Positions 63,884 to 64,000 of a stretch of 64,000 nucleotides of DNA are shown piece after piece. The DNA is taken from assembly GCA_035457485.1 (NCBI GenBank), contig DATIBO010000006.1:562659-626658 (forward strand). Direction: 5' to 3'. This stretch comes from Candidatus Saccharimonadales bacterium. GTDB taxonomy: Bacteria > Patescibacteriota > Saccharimonadia > Saccharimonadales > EFPC-124. The notes below the pieces were generated by a model. The model did no database searches and was not told the origin of the DNA. It worked only from the letters and a program-made list of their open reading frames with translations. Position numbers and translations under genes: made by a program. Every line of letters starts with the position of its first letter. The stretch's first letter is position 1.

Positions 63884-64000
63884 ATGACTAATTACGATGT
63901 ATATTTGTTTGATTTAGACGGAACCCTAACCGATACCTCAAAAATTTGGCTAGAGATCTACAGAGACGCCTTAAAAGAATTTGGAATATCGGGCCTAACC
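63884..64000 (+). CDS. HAD-superfamily hydrolase, N-terminal fragment (3' end off-window)
   Basis: MTNYDVYLFDLDGTLTDT is the DxDGT motif I. Confidence 0.7.
   Translation, partial: MTNYDVYLFDLDGTLTDTSKIWLEIYRDALKEFGISGLT

Overview
Low-GC bacterial chromosome segment: sampled 60-mers in core genes give about 43% GC by hand count. It is dominated by the translation super-cluster. In order it holds the rpoC 3' end, the str operon (rpsL-rpsG-fusA-tuf), the S10/spc/alpha operons (rpsJ through rplQ), rplM-rpsI, tRNA-Thr/Tyr/Thr-rpmG, tRNA-Trp, and secE-nusG-rplK-rplA. Several traits suggest a Patescibacteria/CPR genome, probably Saccharibacteria-like: no rpmD (L30) between rpsE and rplO, Cys-free L36 and L33 plus a long-form S14, a sortase with LPXTG-type sorting signals, and many extended -10 or leaderless promoters. 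That placement is inference from gene content only; no database search was possible. I found no rRNA, CRISPR array, transposase or integrase. The main anomaly is that the conserved operons are repeatedly interrupted by accessory genes. Five of the interruptions are sharply bounded GC-rich segments (about 55-70% GC in sampled 60-mers) at roughly 3443-3965, 9306-10290, 44585-46345, 50190-50815 and 58270-61260. Their ORFs encode three lipobox lipoproteins, an FxsB-like radical SAM/SPASM enzyme with an aberrant CX3CX3C motif, a GT-A-like enzyme, an HTH protein, a membrane protein and unknowns. Where the flanks could be read clearly, each sits behind an AT-rich promoter and RBS in the style of the recipient genome. 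Other notable items: three paralogous convergent micro-ORFs with a W-Q-G-[WF]-Q motif beside transporter genes and a transporter 3' remnant; a 56-aa protein that is essentially a bare LPNTG sorting signal, heading a processive GT2 plus deacetylase operon next to a sortase; a two-component system splitting rpsJ from rplC; and a duplicated structured leader upstream of rplK and rplA.
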